Source: Alkalispirochaeta sp. (GTDB lineage: Bacteria; Spirochaetota; Spirochaetia; DSM-27196; Alkalispirochaetaceae). From it: DNA of 64,000 nucleotides. Below the pieces are notes generated by a model. The model did no database searches. It was not told where the DNA came from and saw only the letters and a program-made list of their open reading frames with translations. Position 1 is the stretch's first letter. Every line of letters starts with the position of its first letter. Both the position numbers and the translations under genes were made by a program. The DNA lies in contig CBDESZ010000022.1 in NCBI GenBank assembly GCA_965242725.1, positions 32,001 through 96,000 on the forward strand, read 5' to 3'. Below, one piece after another: positions 60,885 through 64,000 of the stretch.

Positions 60885-62707
60885 ATGGAATATCAGCTTT
60901 TTGTCATACTCGCACCGGTTGCGGCGATCGTACTCCTGATCACGGCGGCACGAATCTTTCCTTTTCGCGGCGTTCTCATGTCACGGACGATTCTCGCCTA
61001 TCTCATCGCCGTCTCGGCGCTCCTGGCCGCCAACACGCTGGAACTGGTCGTGGACACACCCGGAGTGGACGCTGTTTTTCGCCCGGCTGGTCCATCCGGC
61101 GTGGCACGCCGTGGCGATTACGTGGTTCCTCTTCGCCGCGTTCTACTCCGGTCGGAACACATGGGCGCGGGCGTCCCGTATCGCGGGACTTGCATTCTAT
61201 CCGGTCCTTTTCAGCGCGGCCATTCATATTGAATCGGTATCACACCTGTTCTGGACGTCCCTGCAGTTTTTTAAAGTTGACGGGTATCTCACCATGTCCG
61301 GTCGTTACGGCTGGCTCTTCTGGATAAACGGAGTATATGCATACAGTCTGATTCTCATCGGGGTAATAACAATCGTACGAAACGCCCTTGATCGTCCCGA
61401 CTGGTATAAGCGGCAGACCCTTGTCCTCGTCGCAGGCGCCGTACTGCCCGTTCTGGCCAACCTTATATATATCTTCCGCCTCTTTCCGTGGCCGCAAAAG
61501 GACTACACCTCCATTGCCTTTGCCCCTCTCGGGCCTCGCCTTTTACCTGGGCGTTCAGAACGTAAGCCTTCGCGGAAAAAGACCGTTGACGAGAAGCACC
61601 GTACTGCAGGACGTACACAGCGCCGTGCTCGTCCTTGACAATGAGGGTACGATCCTGGACGCAAATCCCGCCGCGATGGAAATGCTGAACCTTACCGTTC
61701 AAGGCGGTCTGTATCACCACAGTTCTCTTTCCCGCGGCGTGGTGAGTGACCTTTCGCTGTCGTCCCATCACAACACGGTAAAGTCCCATGACTGGGACAA
61801 TGGGGAGCAGCGGACCTTTGACATCACCGTAAGACCCGTCGCGGAAACGACGGGCGTTCACTCTGCGGCGGTGGTGACGATTCATGAAACGACGGAATGG
61901 CTCCGACTCAAACAGGCCAATCAGGACATTCACCTGCGTTATGATCGAGCAGGAACGGCTGGCGACGATCGGCATGCTCTCCGCAAGCATCGCCCATGAG
62001 ATCAAGAATCCCCTGACGGTGCTCAGGAGCACCTACGGCTCGGTGTACGACATTGCCCGGCGGTTGCTCGCGGAACAGACGGACCTATCGGAGAGCCCCC
62101 TCCATGAGGAGCTGCAGGAAAGCGATGAAGCCTTTCGTCGCGGATTTGAACGGATCGGGTCGGTGCTGCAGACAATGACGGGCCACGCGAGACCATTTGA
62201 AAATGAATCCCTTGTGAACGTTGATCTGCACCAGATTATCACCGACACCCTCCAGCTGACGCGCTCGGTCTATCGCGGCGTTGCAACGGTGGAACAGCGA
62301 TTTGGCACCATCCCCACCGTATTCTGCATGCCCGGTGCGATAAGCCAGGTATTTCTCAATATTCTTCTCAATGCGGTTCAGGCCATTGAATCAAAGGGAC
62401 ATGACGGTGACTTTTCCAGGTACGGTAAGATCGTCATAGAAACCGCCGTCGGTGGATCCGCCGACGAAAAGAAGATGGTCCAGTGCAGGATCCTGAACAA
62501 CGGTCCCGAAATTCCGTCGGAGGTGGCCGCGAAGATCTTTGAACCGTTCTTTACGACCAAATCCGCCGATGTCGGATCAGGTCTCGGCCTCTCGATTTCC
62601 CGGCGGATCATCGTGGACCGCCATAACGGCCGGTTGGAAGTGATTCAACGGGACGGTATATGACCGGTTTCCTCATCGGTCTGCCCATTGTGGAGCCGGA
62701 ACCGTGA
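60885..62707 (+). CDS. HisKA_7TM-PAS sensor histidine kinase (several frameshifts)
   Basis: 7TM-like N-terminus, PAS (VLVLDNEGTILDANPAA), IAHEIKNPL, NAVQA, FEPFFTTK, GSGLGL. Likely end TGA 62707 overlaps the next GTG. Confidence 0.78.
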
Positions 62708-63330
62708 GGGACAGTACATCCCGTAAATTATTTGTTGCCTATACCCTTCCTGCGGCACTGCGAGGACGCGTTGCCGATCGTCAGGAAATCCTCCGGGCAT
62801 CCCTCGGCACCAAAGACATTTTGAGGATGGTGGCACCGGAGAAACTGCATCTCACGCTCCTTTTTCTCGGCGAAGTGCCCGGGGAGAAGGTGCATCCCCT
62901 TGCGGCAGCGATGGAAGAGGCCATTCCGGAGGGAACCGAAAAACCCCGTCTGGTCCTGACCGGAATCGGCGCGTTTCCGTCACCCCGCCGCCCGAGGGTG
63001 GTGTGGGTCGGGGCCCTAGATCCGACGGGGTATACCGAAGCCCTGGCCGGCAATCTCCGGTTCCGCCTCTCTTCCGTCGTCCCTGATCTCCTTCCTTCCG
63101 ATGGAGACCATACCTTTGTACCCCATATCACGATCGGGTATCCCCGGCGCGGACTCTCGGGAGAAGAGCGAACGACGCTGAGTAACGTCCTCCGGAACCC
63201 TTCACTCGTGACGCCGGAGGAGGCGGGAGAGGAGCAACCCGCCTTTGATGTGGGCGAAGCAGCCCTGGTGGAGAGCGTCCCCACCAATCGGGGTACACGG
63301 TACGACGTCCAATACGCCGTCAAAATATGA
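62704..63330 (+). CDS. thpR: RNA 2',3'-cyclic phosphodiesterase (2H family)
   Basis: HLTLLFLG and PHITI motifs; FPSPRRPRVVW. Confidence 0.88.
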   Translation: MRDSTSRKLFVAYTLPAALRGRVADRQEILRASLGTKDILRMVAPEKLHLTLLFLGEVPGEKVHPLAAAMEEAIPEGTEKPRLVLTGIGAFPSPRRPRVVWVGALDPTGYTEALAGNLRFRLSSVVPDLLPSDGDHTFVPHITIGYPRRGLSGEERTTLSNVLRNPSLVTPEEAGEEQPAFDVGEAALVESVPTNRGTRYDVQYAVKI

Positions 63331-64000
63331 GACTTTTTCGACCCGATCTTGTTGCGACATTTGTCGACAGACCAAACAGATTTCTCATAACCGCACGGTC
63401 ACCTGACGGCCGGCTCCTGCACGCCCACTCCCCCAACCCCGGCAGAATGTGGGAGCTTCTTTATCCGGGCACTCCTCTCATCCTTCAGCACGCCCCCACC
63501 GGAAACACGTCACCTTCCAAACGCAAGACCGCATGGTCCGTCGTCGCCGCTATCCGTCCTTCCGACGGCACGGTGGTTCCCCTCGTATCGACGGCGGCCA
63601 ACGATATCGCGGCGGAGCTTATCATCCCCGATCTCTTTCCCCGCGCCACTGCAACACGACGGGAAGTGACGCTTGGTGAGAGTCGTTTCGACTTTGTCGT
63701 CGGCACGGGAGATATCGAAACGGTCATCGAGGTGAAGAGCTGCACCCTGGAAGCGTACGGCGTCGCCATGTTTCCCGACGCCGCAACCTCCAGGGGGTTG
63801 AAACACCTCACGGCATTGAAAGAGATGCGCCATAGGGAGCGAATGGTTCTCTTTGTGATTCAGGGTCCCCGGGCCGAACGATTTGTTCCCGATATTCATA
63901 CCGACCCCGCATTTTCGATGGAACTCAGGGAGGCACATCATGCGGGCGTGCACGTCCATGTCGTCGCGACGGGTACCGACGGGGACGGGACGACCCGGGT
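63327..64000 (+). CDS. sfsA: DNA/RNA nuclease SfsA, 3' truncated by the window
   Basis: Translated by hand from ATG 63327: RPNRF, NPGRMWELL, SRFDF, EVKSCTL, FPDAATSRGLKHL; open to the window end. Confidence 0.88.
   Translation, partial: MRLFRPDLVATFVDRPNRFLITARSPDGRLLHAHSPNPGRMWELLYPGTPLILQHAPTGNTSPSKRKTAWSVVAAIRPSDGTVVPLVSTAANDIAAELIIPDLFPRATATRREVTLGESRFDFVVGTGDIETVIEVKSCTLEAYGVAMFPDAATSRGLKHLTALKEMRHRERMVLFVIQGPRAERFVPDIHTDPAFSMELREAHHAGVHVHVVATGTDGDGTTR

Noticed and set aside
1..64000. CRISPR arrays, tRNA/rRNA genes, riboswitches, transposases
   Set aside because: None recognised by eye; intergenic spaces are short. A covariance-model scan would be needed to exclude small RNAs.

Overview
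GC-rich window from what looks like an anaerobic free-living spirochaete (Spirochaeta/Alkalispirochaeta-like; inferred from gene content, not proven). In order it holds: a helicase-associated protein (5' partial); aroDE; a heteromultimeric group A3 [FeFe]-hydrogenase operon divergent from a rex-DRTGG-CBS/serine kinase-DRTGG-PHP operon; ftsK, uppP and a lytic transglycosylase; a TPR-Mrr protein; a ynjBCD/ynjF-like ABC locus; a sirtuin; an RpiR-linked glutamine-synthetase-like/amidohydrolase cluster; a CASTOR/POLLUX-like channel opposite a PTS-EIIA/antiporter operon; a GH13 glucosidase; mnmG; signalling genes; thpR; and sfsA (3' partial). About 15 genes, including ftsK and mnmG, carry single-base frameshifts, often in homopolymers, which are most likely sequencing errors. 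The standout is a five-gene operon at 22776-31769. It encodes a 1164-aa protein (three PilZ domains, a LuxD-like acyl-ACP thioesterase/transferase, a SAM methyltransferase), a divergent acyl-AMP ligase, an ACP, a B12-binding radical SAM enzyme, and a membrane hybrid kinase with a c-di-GMP-binding-like Arg-rich motif, REC and HD-GYP domains. This is a candidate c-di-GMP-gated lipid-signal (quorum-sensing-like) synthesis and sensing circuit. No rRNA, tRNA or CRISPR array was recognised.
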